DNA of 20,000 nucleotides, taken from IMG/VR virus record IMGVR_UViG_3300025769_000086. One strand, given 5' to 3'. The position numbers and the translations under genes were made by a program. Of the stretch, positions 7,221 to 16,411 are shown in pieces. The stretch is from an uncultured virus (IMG/VR IMGVR_UViG_3300025769_000086). Taxonomy: Duplodnaviria > Heunggongvirae > Uroviricota > Caudoviricetes. The number at the start of each line of letters is the position of its first letter. The stretch's first letter is position 1. The notes below the pieces were generated by a model that saw only the letters and a program-made list of their open reading frames with translations, made no database searches and was not told where the DNA came from.

Positions 7221-9622
7221 TCTAAATCACTTCCCGCTATTGTAGTAGTTACTTCATTCGTCCAATCCTCATCTGTGGCAATCTTTTTCTTGAGTTGCTT
7301 CTTCAACATACGAGCCAACACTTTGTACATTGGGTCTTCCTTGTCTAATCCATTCCAAGCCTCAACAAACATCATAGTATCTACATCATCGTATTGTTTT
7401 TGTTTTATCATTTGAGCCACCCTGTATGTAATAAGTTTCGATTTGTTGTGTTCTAGTGCAAAGAAAATCGAAGGTGCTTCATCAGCAAGCAACATAGAAC
7501 TAAGTTGATTATCCATTCCCAGTGACACTGTAATTATATCTTTTTCATCGCAAACAGTACAATCGTCATGACCACATGGTATGAAGTAATCATCATTCAA
7601 AGTGTACTTCGTATCGTGATGTAGCCATTTTGGGCCTAAAAGATTAGCAGTAACTTGCAAGGGTTTGTGTACTTGATTACCACAGATAGGTGTATGTTTG
7701 TAACTCATTGTTGATTTCTTCAACAAGTAATCAAACAATTCGTACCAATCATTCTCCGGTCTAGTCGTAGTAAATGTCTCTTCCAAGAATGTACGAGTCA
7801 CTTCATAAGTCTTGAACATTCTATTCAAATCTTTTTGCTCATGAGCAAACCAACCTACAACACTGTCTGATTCATTTAGTGTTCCGTAATCGAATGCTGT
7901 CTTCTCCAAGAATTTATTATACAAATTACCAGTGTTATGTGCATAGTTTTCTACTATGTTTGCAAGTGTAGTAACTTTTTGTATGTTAGATTCATTCTTA
8001 TCACTATTGAACTTTATAATCGCTGATGCTAAATCAGCAACACCAAAAGCACATTCAGCCCATTTTTTACCACCAAAATTCTTTTGCGGCCAACCAGTTT
8101 GGAATTGTTTACCACACCATCGTAATGCTTTTTCCATTTCCTCATATGTCAATTCGTAACCTTCCAATGCAAGATAATAGTGCTTACGGTCTTTACTAGG
8201 TGATACTTTATCATGAAGTTCAATGAACTTACTACTACCTATTGCTGCTACAATCGCTGGAGTAAACTCTATCGACATATCAGTCTTCATACCAAAAGCA
8301 TGTCTTAACTCACCAAAACATAAACCAACTGCTGACTTGACCAACCAACCACAAAATGCACCACTCAAATGTGCATTATGTTTGGGATTCATATTGAAAC
8401 CTGATAACCATTGGTGGAAATAATGTGCAAACCAACCTTGTTGCCTACGCCACTGTGTTCTGTTTCGTTCTAAACCATCAGCAAAAGCAGCAATATCATC
8501 AGGTAGATATGGATTGTATGGGTCAGGGTCAATTGGAAGTCCTTCTTCTTTAGCAACATGTGTAGGGCTACCTTCTACCCACACATCACCAACAGATACT
8601 TCAGCCACAATATAAGGTATACCATGTGACCTACAATGTGCATAAACATGGCTACCTAACGAACCATTAGGATGAGATATAACGAAGCCTTCAGGCATCT
8701 TATCCTTAGTGATGTTAGCCTCTAACCACGCTAGTTCTTCCAAACCTTCTGTTCTCCATACATCTTTGACATCTATCTTACCAACACCGTTGGGTACTGC
8801 ACCCATCTCTTTAGAAAGTGTTTCAACTGTTTTACCATCTATTAGTCTATTGTATACAAAAGGTGGACCACGAACTGTATGCGGTTCACTACCTCTTATC
8901 TGCGTTAGATGAGATGAACCATGACCATACATTTCTGTCAGATAGTTATCATCTTTCTGATACACATATTCTAATTCATATGTATTAGGTGCATGATGTA
9001 TGGTCTCAAAGTGTTTAGTGCATGACTTCTCATTTGGATTGAACAAGTAACACATCTTTACACCGTCCTTACCAGCAGTGATACCATCATGGTCACGACC
9101 AATCCAAGCATACACATTTGGTACAGCCACCATGCTAGATGTAGCAGGGATGAATGGTTGTAGTAACATGCAACCGTTTGGGTCTTCTTCTAACATTACA
9201 CCACGCAGGTAGTTCCATCTTTCTTCCAAGTTGCCCATTGAAACTTCTATGCTTTCCAAGACACCATGTCTAGGATTTTCTGGACAGGCTCTAAGAAAAC
9301 CTTTTTCCTCATCTAGTCTTTCAAAAGCACTCAATACAATATCATAATTATCTTGTAATAGTATCAGTTCAGTATTAGGTATCTTGTATTTACCTAGTCC
9401 TGACTTACATAAATCTACATAATTTAGGAAACTCTTAGCCTTTTGTGACCCAACTTGAGATGTACGTGAAGGATTTACTGTTCCTTTAATACTTGAGACT
9501 TTATTGATTGTCTCTTTAATCTCACTGTCTACTTTAACATCATCTTTTAGCACGTCAAATAAATCATTAAAATCCATTTCATCATATTCTTTATCCATCT
9601 TAGTTCTCTCCTGTTTGTTCAT
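7217..9622 (-). CDS. PEP-synthase/PPDK-like protein: ATP-grasp, phosphohistidine swivel and unknown C-terminal domains (start possibly 9598)
   Basis: Motifs appear in PPDK_N order: VGSQKA, KIP, FLRAC, LLQPFI..SSMV, G..DGITAG, ELEYV, LTQIR. GSLGSHVYAHCRSHGIPYIV then matches the PEP-utilizer mobile-domain signature GGxTSHxAIxARxxGIPxVV (His325). Confidence 0.7.
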   Translation of the reverse strand: MNKQERTKMDKEYDEMDFNDLFDVLKDDVKVDSEIKETINKVSSIKGTVNPSRTSQVGSQKAKSFLNYVDLCKSGLGKYKIPNTELILLQDNYDIVLSAFERLDEEKGFLRACPENPRHGVLESIEVSMGNLEERWNYLRGVMLEEDPNGCMLLQPFIPATSSMVAVPNVYAWIGRDHDGITAGKDGVKMCYLFNPNEKSCTKHFETIHHAPNTYELEYVYQKDDNYLTEMYGHGSSHLTQIRGSEPHTVRGPPFVYNRLIDGKTVETLSKEMGAVPNGVGKIDVKDVWRTEGLEELAWLEANITKDKMPEGFVISHPNGSLGSHVYAHCRSHGIPYIVAEVSVGDVWVEGSPTHVAKEEGLPIDPDPYNPYLPDDIAAFADGLERNRTQWRRQQGWFAHYFHQWLSGFNMNPKHNAHLSGAFCGWLVKSAVGLCFGELRHAFGMKTDMSIEFTPAIVAAIGSSKFIELHDKVSPSKDRKHYYLALEGYELTYEEMEKALRWCGKQFQTGWPQKNFGGKKWAECAFGVADLASAIIKFNSDKNESNIQKVTTLANIVENYAHNTGNLYNKFLEKTAFDYGTLNESDSVVGWFAHEQKDLNRMFKTYEVTRTFLEETFTTTRPENDWYELFDYLLKKSTMSYKHTPICGNQVHKPLQVTANLLGPKWLHHDTKYTLNDDYFIPCGHDDCTVCDEKDIITVSLGMDNQLSSMLLADEAPSIFFALEHNKSKLITYRVAQMIKQKQYDDVDTMMFVEAWNGLDKEDPMYKVLARMLKKQLKKKIATDEDWTNEVTTTIAGSDLE

Positions 9623-11306
9623 TCATTACATTATCTGCTGTATTTTTGAGTACCATCGGTACGATGTTCTGAATTTTCTCACTCCAACTAGAATCTATTC
9701 TACCTGTGGCGGTTATTTGTTTACATAAATCAAAGGCTTCATTCTGTTCAGTAGGATTACCAAACATAACCATCGTTTTCATTTCCTCTGCATTAGGTAA
9801 GTCTTCAGGATTTTTATCCCACTTCATCCTCACATCAACTTTTATCTCTCTAATAGTGATACCACTGCTATCTGCTGGTATCTCAATGTCTTCTTGACCA
9901 CTAGACAAATCCCATACTCTATTATTCAACTTAGCAACTGGCATTTTTGTTGCCATCTTTATAATCATGTCTCGATAGTATGCTGCTTCTTTTGCAGTAT
10001 TACAAATATAATCACCCAGTATTGTAGGACCAATACCTAAAGCATATACAGAACGTTGCTTAATAGGTCGCCATTCAAACTTAGCCATTTCATGACCATA
10101 TGATTGTTTACTACTGTACTTGACATATTTCCATCCATCACCACATCTACATATTGGTTTACCTGTGTCATCTTCTGATTCACCTGCCGCATAACAAATC
10201 CTACATGCAGTATCGTTTTCGTGTCTATTTTTACTATGAGTATCACTAACCCAAACAGATATCTCATTAAGCCAATCCCATCTGTTCCAACAATGTGTCG
10301 CTGTCTTACCACGACCATGCTTCTCGACAAGAGAACGACCATCCCAATTTTTCATACGATTCAACGATTCTTTGACATGTTTTATTACAGTCTCTTCAGG
10401 TATCATTTGTGCTGCTACACGTTTCACTCTATCAAATACAACAATTTGTGATTTCTTGAGTTGTTGTGTAAGATGTCTTGACCTGAATTGGTCGTTGTTC
10501 CAACCACTATGCACAACTGTACCTTTACCTCTGAACCATATTGTTTTCCAGTCACTACTTGAATCTGACTCCTTTACCATGTACCAATCTTCTTTCATAG
10601 GAGCGTCATGATGACTACAAAAACCATGATTTGGGTCATCTTCAGCAAAGCCACAAACACCTTTTGTCTGTCGTTTTATCATCTGAGTTTGTAAACCATC
10701 AAGAGAAAATAAGTCTGTACCATGTGTTTCACACAACCAATCAAACAGTTCAGGTAATGCACGAAGATGACAAAGTACAGTGTAGTTGGTCTTGTTAGGG
10801 TTGATTGACCATGATGGTTTGTCTTCTGTAAGTCTTACACTAAGCATTGACCTTATTTCTGATGGCATGTTTACTGAGTCATAAGATGGGTCATAAGGGC
10901 GACTCGATGCAGCAAAACACAGTATCTTTTTTCCGTTTGCATCATGATGATGACTGATATCAGGTAAATGATAATCGTAAGTATCTACTTCATCATGACC
11001 ACATGATACACTTAGTGGGTTAAGTAATTTACCGTAACCGACTGCACCCGTCATCATCACTGAAGCAATACGTGTATTCTGATTTACCATATCACTCCAC
11101 GTCAATTTCGCATTTGGTCCATGATTAGCAAGTGTATATGCCACTGCTGCATCGATAGGCCAACAAAGACCTAAAGTATCTCTAGTACGACCAAGTGTGT
11201 TATCTACTTCTATTGGATTATCAGTCCACAGCAAAGTCTCTTCAACTACACCAGCATCAATGAATCTTTTCCAACGATTTTGCCCTTGTCTTTCCGCTTT
11301 ACCCAT
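9600..11306 (-). CDS. Large hypothetical protein, 568 aa, with Cys/His clusters
   Basis: Long ORF with GGAGGT RBS; CGF...FCSHH and CRIC...CRC; family not recognised. Confidence 0.85.
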   Translation of the reverse strand: MGKAERQGQNRWKRFIDAGVVEETLLWTDNPIEVDNTLGRTRDTLGLCWPIDAAVAYTLANHGPNAKLTWSDMVNQNTRIASVMMTGAVGYGKLLNPLSVSCGHDEVDTYDYHLPDISHHHDANGKKILCFAASSRPYDPSYDSVNMPSEIRSMLSVRLTEDKPSWSINPNKTNYTVLCHLRALPELFDWLCETHGTDLFSLDGLQTQMIKRQTKGVCGFAEDDPNHGFCSHHDAPMKEDWYMVKESDSSSDWKTIWFRGKGTVVHSGWNNDQFRSRHLTQQLKKSQIVVFDRVKRVAAQMIPEETVIKHVKESLNRMKNWDGRSLVEKHGRGKTATHCWNRWDWLNEISVWVSDTHSKNRHENDTACRICYAAGESEDDTGKPICRCGDGWKYVKYSSKQSYGHEMAKFEWRPIKQRSVYALGIGPTILGDYICNTAKEAAYYRDMIIKMATKMPVAKLNNRVWDLSSGQEDIEIPADSSGITIREIKVDVRMKWDKNPEDLPNAEEMKTMVMFGNPTEQNEAFDLCKQITATGRIDSSWSEKIQNIVPMVLKNTADNVMNEQTGEN

Positions 11307-11307
11307 A

Positions 11308-11922
11308 TCAGTTACCTCCAGATGGTATCATAACAATGTCACTAACGTCATCTATATTCACATACTTTTTGTCCGTAATAACTTCAGTTAAACTCCCTGT
11401 AAGATATTCTTTATCTTGTATACCTGCATAATAACCCCTTGGTATACACGCTGGAATTGCTTCGTACACCGTTTCACCTTGTAGTGGTCCGTTCTGTAAA
11501 GTATAACTTCCGTTGTATGCATATGGATTATTCCAACGGAACTTTACAGGAACTAACTTAGTTTTGTCTATATCTTTTTGCTCAAACCACCAATGCATTT
11601 GACTTTGCATTTCATGTCTAAGCGGTGATGTGATTACATCTACTTCTAAGGCTATAACTCCATCAGTGGATTCTGCACCGAGTATGTTATCTTTCGTAAC
11701 TGTCTCTTGTTGTTGGTTCTGTAACCATTTGCGTTTTCCCCAACTTGCTATTCCATATATTTGCCCTGTCTCAGTGTGTTCCCAACCACCAGTCCATTGA
11801 CCATACCCATTTTGGCTACTACACTTGAACTGACGTTTTACGCCATCAGGACACTCAAAGGACTTGAGCGAACCTTCTTCCCATTCATCATTATCTATCT
11901 TATCACTTATATCTTCATTCAT
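11308..11922 (-). CDS. Hypothetical protein, 204 aa
   Basis: ORF with TAATG coupling and GAGGG RBS; W/G/Y-rich. Confidence 0.8.
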   Translation of the reverse strand: MNEDISDKIDNDEWEEGSLKSFECPDGVKRQFKCSSQNGYGQWTGGWEHTETGQIYGIASWGKRKWLQNQQQETVTKDNILGAESTDGVIALEVDVITSPLRHEMQSQMHWWFEQKDIDKTKLVPVKFRWNNPYAYNGSYTLQNGPLQGETVYEAIPACIPRGYYAGIQDKEYLTGSLTEVITDKKYVNIDDVSDIVMIPSGGN

Positions 11923-12161
11923 TATATTCCCTCTCCTGTTATTCTTGTTAACAACTTATGTAGTTCATCATTATCTCTTACATTAACAGCAAATATTGTA
12001 TCTGATACATGTATATCCACCACACCGCCATTATCACTACTCAAAGCCGACACATCAAATTGTACTGCTGTTATATCACTACGTCTAATTTTGGTGTGAT
12101 ATGTACTTTGATTTCTGTATGTTGTCACTTTTATCCATTTTTCTTTCTTAGTCTTCGACAT
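11922..12161 (-). CDS. Hypothetical protein, 79 aa (possibly leaderless)
   Basis: ATG lies 21 nt downstream of the TATATAAA box with no SD-like motif. Confidence 0.7.
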   Translation of the reverse strand: MSKTKKEKWIKVTTYRNQSTYHTKIRRSDITAVQFDVSALSSDNGGVVDIHVSDTIFAVNVRDNDELHKLLTRITGEGI

Positions 12162-12176
12162 GATTTCTTCTATTAC

Positions 12177-12194
12177 TAGACCTTTATATACTAA
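12177..12194 (-). promoter_or_regulatory. Conserved TATA-like promoter element
   Basis: Exact copy of the 18-mer with an A-rich tract upstream. Confidence 0.75.
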
Positions 12195-12237
12195 CTTTAT
12201 TTTTTGATTGGAAATAGAGTTTTGGTTACAATGTTCT

Positions 12238-12251
12238 TTTATATACTAACT
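12238..12251 (-). promoter_or_regulatory. Second, partial promoter element (AGTTAGTATATAAA)
   Basis: Same 5' half as the 12177 copy, 55 nt upstream of it. Confidence 0.5.
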
Positions 12252-12318
12252 ACGCTATGATGTGGGCTACGTCATCAAGGGAACTATCATCATCCGTGTG
12301 AGGGTAAAATTTGAAAAT

Positions 12319-12350
12319 AAAAAAAAGGCGAGGGCTGTTAAGCCCCCGCC
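12319..12350 (-). terminator. Intrinsic hairpin plus U-tract terminator
   Basis: The minus strand reads GGCGGGGGCT-TAAC-AGCCCTCGCC-T8, a 10-bp stem with one G-U pair, 26 nt after the stop at 12377. Confidence 0.8.
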
Positions 12351-12376
12351 AGTTTGTTATGTAATACGTGCGTGTG

Positions 12377-12700
12377 TTAATAAATTCCTTTCTCGACTAA
12401 GAATTTATAGAAATCAGGATTGTATAATTTAACATTATGATTATAATCACAAGCATAAGCATCTAAACTTCCTTGTTCACCATAGATTCTTCCCACAGCA
12501 GTTAGACCAAGAGTCCATTCAACTTGATGAAATATGTCTTCTGCCCACCCTATGAAATCTCTTTCATAATCCTCAATATGCGTGTATTCATGCTCATCGT
12601 ACAAAAAGATTTTTTGATTACAATAAAAGCAACAACAATCTATGTGTGTAAAATAATTATTTAATTCTAATTCTAATAAAAACTTATTATCATCCTTCAT
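12377..12700 (-). CDS. Hypothetical acidic protein with Cys cluster, 107 aa
   Basis: CCCFYC...AC..NH; last gene before the terminator. Confidence 0.7.
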   Translation of the reverse strand: MKDDNKFLLELELNNYFTHIDCCCFYCNQKIFLYDEHEYTHIEDYERDFIGWAEDIFHQVEWTLGLTAVGRIYGEQGSLDAYACDYNHNVKLYNPDFYKFLVEKGIY

Positions 12701-12704
12701 ACTC

Positions 12705-12893
12705 TCAACTCTCCATTAAATGTTTGCGAACTCTACCGTTGCTAAATATCTCAACCCTTGAAACATTACACTCCCATTGTAAATGGTATAATAGAAATTG
12801 TTCTACTCTACCGCCATCCATAAGTTCTTCCTCACTCTCAGCCATTGGTGTTTCATATCCACACTTAGGACATACTAATCTTAATTCAATCAT
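12705..12893 (-). CDS. Small zinc-finger-like protein, 62 aa
   Basis: CPKC...H...C; GGAGATGA RBS. Confidence 0.7.
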   Translation of the reverse strand: MIELRLVCPKCGYETPMAESEEELMDGGRVEQFLLYHLQWECNVSRVEIFSNGRVRKHLMES

Positions 12894-12914
12894 AATACTT
12901 CATCTCCTTAACAG

Positions 12915-12932
12915 TATATAAAGAACAAAAAA
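12915..12932 (-). promoter_or_regulatory. Possible T-tract terminator followed by a TTTATATA box
   Basis: The minus strand reads stop-TTTTTTGTTC-TTTATATA, 21 nt before the ATG at 12893. Confidence 0.35.
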
Positions 12933-13064
12933 CTATGACTCCGCTTCAAAAAATTCTGCTATTTCATCTAAGCATTCTAATTCACGCAGCCAATAATTTA
13001 TTGTTTCTAAATCTGTTGCTTCTTGTATTGCTTTTATTATTGTATTTCTTATACTCTCATTCAT
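12933..13064 (-). CDS. Small hypothetical protein, 43 aa
   Basis: Manual translation MNESIRNTIIKAIQEATDLETINYWLRELECLDEIAEFFEAES*; overlaps the helicase stop, with an AGGAG RBS. Confidence 0.55.
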   Translation of the reverse strand: MNESIRNTIIKAIQEATDLETINYWLRELECLDEIAEFFEAES

Positions 13065-15738
13065 ATTTCTTCGCTCCTTTATCATCATCTTTGTCTTTAT
13101 TCTTGTAGTCATTTAGTATAGATTCTAACTGTGCCTTCTCCTTACCTGTGGCTGACTCAGCCATACCTGTCAGTATCTCCTCAATCACATTGACTCTATC
13201 AGATGCTTCTCCCCCATCGGTAATTGCTCTAAGCACTTCTCTCTTAGCCTCAATCACACGGTCAAAGTGTTGGTCAACAGTACCATCAACAGACAAGTAG
13301 ATAGCCCAACAAGTATCACCAGTAGCACCTATTCTATTCACTCTATTCTCCGCTTGTTCTTCCCAACCTGATACCCACTCACGCTCAATGAACACTGTGG
13401 TATCAGCAGCAGTAAGAGTAAGTCCTTCCTTCGCTGCTATGGTAGAGCAAAACAATACATCAACCTTACCTGCTTGAAAGCCTTCTACAATCTGTTGTCT
13501 CTTCTTACCCGGCGTTTCACCTGTAATCATATAGATATTAGTTCCACGATTTTTTAATCTGAAAGCATCACCACATTCTTTCAACACATCTCTATGATGT
13601 GCAAATACAATGATTGGTTTGTTGTTGTTCTGAAGTCTATATTCTTCTATGTATTCAACTGTGTTATCAACCTTTAAATGAGCACATTTCTTTCTCAAGT
13701 CAGTAAGCATGTTAAGAACGAAACCTGCTGGCATACCACCATGACTCTTATAATTTGCATACTGTTCAAACCATGATGATTGAACATCTTTGTATTCTCT
13801 CAATTGTTTTTTATCAGGTTGGACAGGTAGCATTGTTCTTACTTGGTCAGGTAGTTCAGGAAGAACTTCTTTCTTTAGTCTGCGTATCATAAAGTCTCTA
13901 GTTAATGCGTGTAACTCTTCTAGGTTACTAGCACCATTGACAACAAGATGACCCCAATCATTCTTGTGTGCATCACAATATCTGTACACATAATTCATCC
14001 ACTTACCTTTCCAATCAGCAGGTCTTACTAGACATAGTGAATTGTAAAACTCAACAGGTCTGTTAGGTATAGGAGTACCGGACATCAACACAATTGAATC
14101 AGATTGTTCTGCAACCTTTACACTACTCTTAGTTCTAGCAGCCTTGTGATTCTTTATGTAATGTGACTCGTCAAACACAACGATGTTATACCCACGCTCT
14201 AGTAAGTTACTCTCCTGTTTGTTCATCTTGTTGTAAGTGATGACTGTAAAGTCTACATCTTCTAATACATCATTACCTTTCTCAACTACTTGCACTGTAA
14301 CATTCTTAACCCAACTAAGTATTTCTTTTCTCCAATTGTATTGTACATTGGCAGGTGCAACAATAAGCACAGGCCATTGTTCAGGATGAAGTGCTGCGTA
14401 TGCTATGGCTTGTATTGTTTTACCAACACCCATGTCATCTCCAATGATGAATGCCCCGCCCGATAGTATGCCAAACTTTACACCTACGTACTGAAATGGA
14501 TATAACTTTTTACCTTCATGGAATACTTTAGATAACTTTTCTTCCATTTCTGTATGGTCATCAAGGCTCACTGCATTACTGATTGCTATCCTTTGTACCT
14601 TGTCTGTAAGGTATGACTCTACTTCAGGTATGGCTCGTATGGCTGCTGACAATGGGTGTTCATCTCCCAACAACTTCAACAAATCCAAAGACTTGTGCAA
14701 GGGTACATTCCATGCTTTGCTGTCTGCATCCCAACGTCTGTTTTCTTTTCCTAACTTCACAGATATAACATTCACAGTCTTAGCATCGTAAGGGAATGAT
14801 AACACAAGTCCACCTTTGATTAGTGTTGCTTTATATTCATCCGGTGATATCTCATCAACAACATTTAGTGCATCATCACAATCATGTAAGTATGCATGTA
14901 GTTCAGTGGTAATCCATCTTCCATTCAACACCCGTATCGCTTCTTCAATCACAGTTTTATCTCTCAACAAGTACATACTCTTAGTAGCAAAATCAAATTT
15001 GTAAGCATTCCTAAGACCCTCATACTGCCAACCAATACGCATTTTTAGTTCTCTATGAATCCTATTGTTCTCATCAAACCCATGATGTTCTAAGCGTAGT
15101 ATCAATACATTGTTATTATACTTGAAACCTTTTTGGCTTACACCTACATCATTGTGTGGTGTAACTGAAATTGTACGGTATATCTTTTCATCTTCAATTT
15201 GTTCAATCATAGCATCAATATACCTGTCAAGTATACCTAGTTCCTTTGCATCTCTCCTTGCCTGTTCAGCATCGAAGTTTATTATCTTTGATACATCTGC
15301 GTATTCAGGGTCTTGCACATCGTGTTTCTTCATGACTCTACGTGCCAATGTCCATTGTTCTTTTGCAATTTCTCTTTCGATACGTTTTTGTTCTCGCCTC
15401 GCTTCTCTTTCGATACGCTCTTGTTCTTCTTTGATTGCTATTGCTTTCTTACCAGCATCGCTGATTGCTTTCAATGCCTCAGACCAATTAACATTAGGTG
15501 GATAACCTGCAAGATGTTGTATGGTAGGTATTTGTGTGTTGATATATTTCTCCAACCTTTGTGCTAACTCTACGTATTGATATTCCTCTACTTTACCTGC
15601 ATCTACTACCTTTTGGAAGAATGGTGCATCAGGTTTGTTCGGCCCGATATCGTCTAGTTCATTCTCAACATGCACACCCATAAATGCTTTAATCATCCTG
15701 AACATATCTTTTGTGTTTGGTACAAATACTTCGCTCAT
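13057..15738 (-). CDS. SNF2-family ATPase, SMARCAL1/HARP-like (putative annealing helicase)
   Basis: LYPFQ, GDDMGVGKTIQAI (Walker A), DESH, SGTP..NRP.E, MIRRLKKEVLPELP, EGLTLTAA, QAENRVNRIG; a HARP-like segment (LSFPYD...RRWDADSKAWNVP) precedes the ATPase. Confidence 0.9.
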   Translation of the reverse strand: MSEVFVPNTKDMFRMIKAFMGVHVENELDDIGPNKPDAPFFQKVVDAGKVEEYQYVELAQRLEKYINTQIPTIQHLAGYPPNVNWSEALKAISDAGKKAIAIKEEQERIEREARREQKRIEREIAKEQWTLARRVMKKHDVQDPEYADVSKIINFDAEQARRDAKELGILDRYIDAMIEQIEDEKIYRTISVTPHNDVGVSQKGFKYNNNVLILRLEHHGFDENNRIHRELKMRIGWQYEGLRNAYKFDFATKSMYLLRDKTVIEEAIRVLNGRWITTELHAYLHDCDDALNVVDEISPDEYKATLIKGGLVLSFPYDAKTVNVISVKLGKENRRWDADSKAWNVPLHKSLDLLKLLGDEHPLSAAIRAIPEVESYLTDKVQRIAISNAVSLDDHTEMEEKLSKVFHEGKKLYPFQYVGVKFGILSGGAFIIGDDMGVGKTIQAIAYAALHPEQWPVLIVAPANVQYNWRKEILSWVKNVTVQVVEKGNDVLEDVDFTVITYNKMNKQESNLLERGYNIVVFDESHYIKNHKAARTKSSVKVAEQSDSIVLMSGTPIPNRPVEFYNSLCLVRPADWKGKWMNYVYRYCDAHKNDWGHLVVNGASNLEELHALTRDFMIRRLKKEVLPELPDQVRTMLPVQPDKKQLREYKDVQSSWFEQYANYKSHGGMPAGFVLNMLTDLRKKCAHLKVDNTVEYIEEYRLQNNNKPIIVFAHHRDVLKECGDAFRLKNRGTNIYMITGETPGKKRQQIVEGFQAGKVDVLFCSTIAAKEGLTLTAADTTVFIEREWVSGWEEQAENRVNRIGATGDTCWAIYLSVDGTVDQHFDRVIEAKREVLRAITDGGEASDRVNVIEEILTGMAESATGKEKAQLESILNDYKNKDKDDDKGAKKYE

Positions 15739-16109
15739 TCAATCCACCTGCCTTCATCGCCTCTAATTTGGTATGCTTCGTCAACATAAGACATCATTAT
15801 ATCTCGTAAGAGTTCAAGGTTAGGTTTCTCAACAGGTAAAACTTGACCCTCTTTTTCATTCTTGTAATATACTACATCATCTATCTTATCAAGTAGTCCT
15901 TGTAACCGCTTGACTTCTGCTAGGAGAAGTGGTGCGTCTGCTATGAGTTGTGCCGTTGCATCTGTTGGATTGGAGTACAAATCATAAGGCATCATCAACT
16001 GTACTATATCTTTACCATGTTTGTCTAAGAGTATACCACTCAGCGTTCCTAATTTCGTCCAATTCCAATCACCTTCTGCGTGTCCATCATACTTGCTTGT
16101 ATCAATCAT
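15735..16109 (-). CDS. MIDT-family paralog 1, 124 aa
   Basis: MIDTSKYDGHAEGDW...LIADAPLLLAEVKRL. Confidence 0.8.
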   Translation of the reverse strand: MIDTSKYDGHAEGDWNWTKLGTLSGILLDKHGKDIVQLMMPYDLYSNPTDATAQLIADAPLLLAEVKRLQGLLDKIDDVVYYKNEKEGQVLPVEKPNLELLRDIMMSYVDEAYQIRGDEGRWIE

Positions 16110-16411
16110 TCAATCACCTCAATGTTCTTTACTTCCCAATTGTATATGTCGTAGTCTTCCTTGTGACAATACTCACGCAGACTATCCACTTGCTTCTGTA
16201 ACCGCTTAACTTCTTCAAGGAGAAGCGGTGCGTCTGCCGCAAGTATAGCATCTTCTTTCATCCATTCAATCCATAAATGCCCATCAGATTTATCCATGAC
16301 AACCCAATGCTCACCTCCCCACATAACCCAAGCCTTGCCTTCTTCCATTTCTTCTTCCCTCGCATACCACGGCCCTTCTGTATGTCCTTCGTATTTATCT
16401 GTGTCAATCAT
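16106..16411 (-). CDS. MIDT-family paralog 2, 101 aa
   Basis: MIDTDKYEGHTEGPW...LAADAPLLLEEVKRL. Confidence 0.8.
   Translation of the reverse strand: MIDTDKYEGHTEGPWYAREEEMEEGKAWVMWGGEHWVVMDKSDGHLWIEWMKEDAILAADAPLLLEEVKRLQKQVDSLREYCHKEDYDIYNWEVKNIEVIE

Noticed and set aside
7217..9622. Bona fide ppsA/ppdK auxiliary metabolic gene
   Set aside because: No recognisable PEP/pyruvate-binding barrel, so no gene symbol was assigned.
10037..10342. Nested 101-aa minus-strand ORF
   Set aside because: Entirely inside the 568-aa gene in another frame, with no recognisable motif.
12252..12318. tmRNA-tag-like frame (...TDDDSSLDDVAHIIA*) or C/D-box sRNA (ATGATGA) on the minus strand
   Set aside because: No start codon, no tRNA-like ends, too short for tmRNA, and no CTGA D box.
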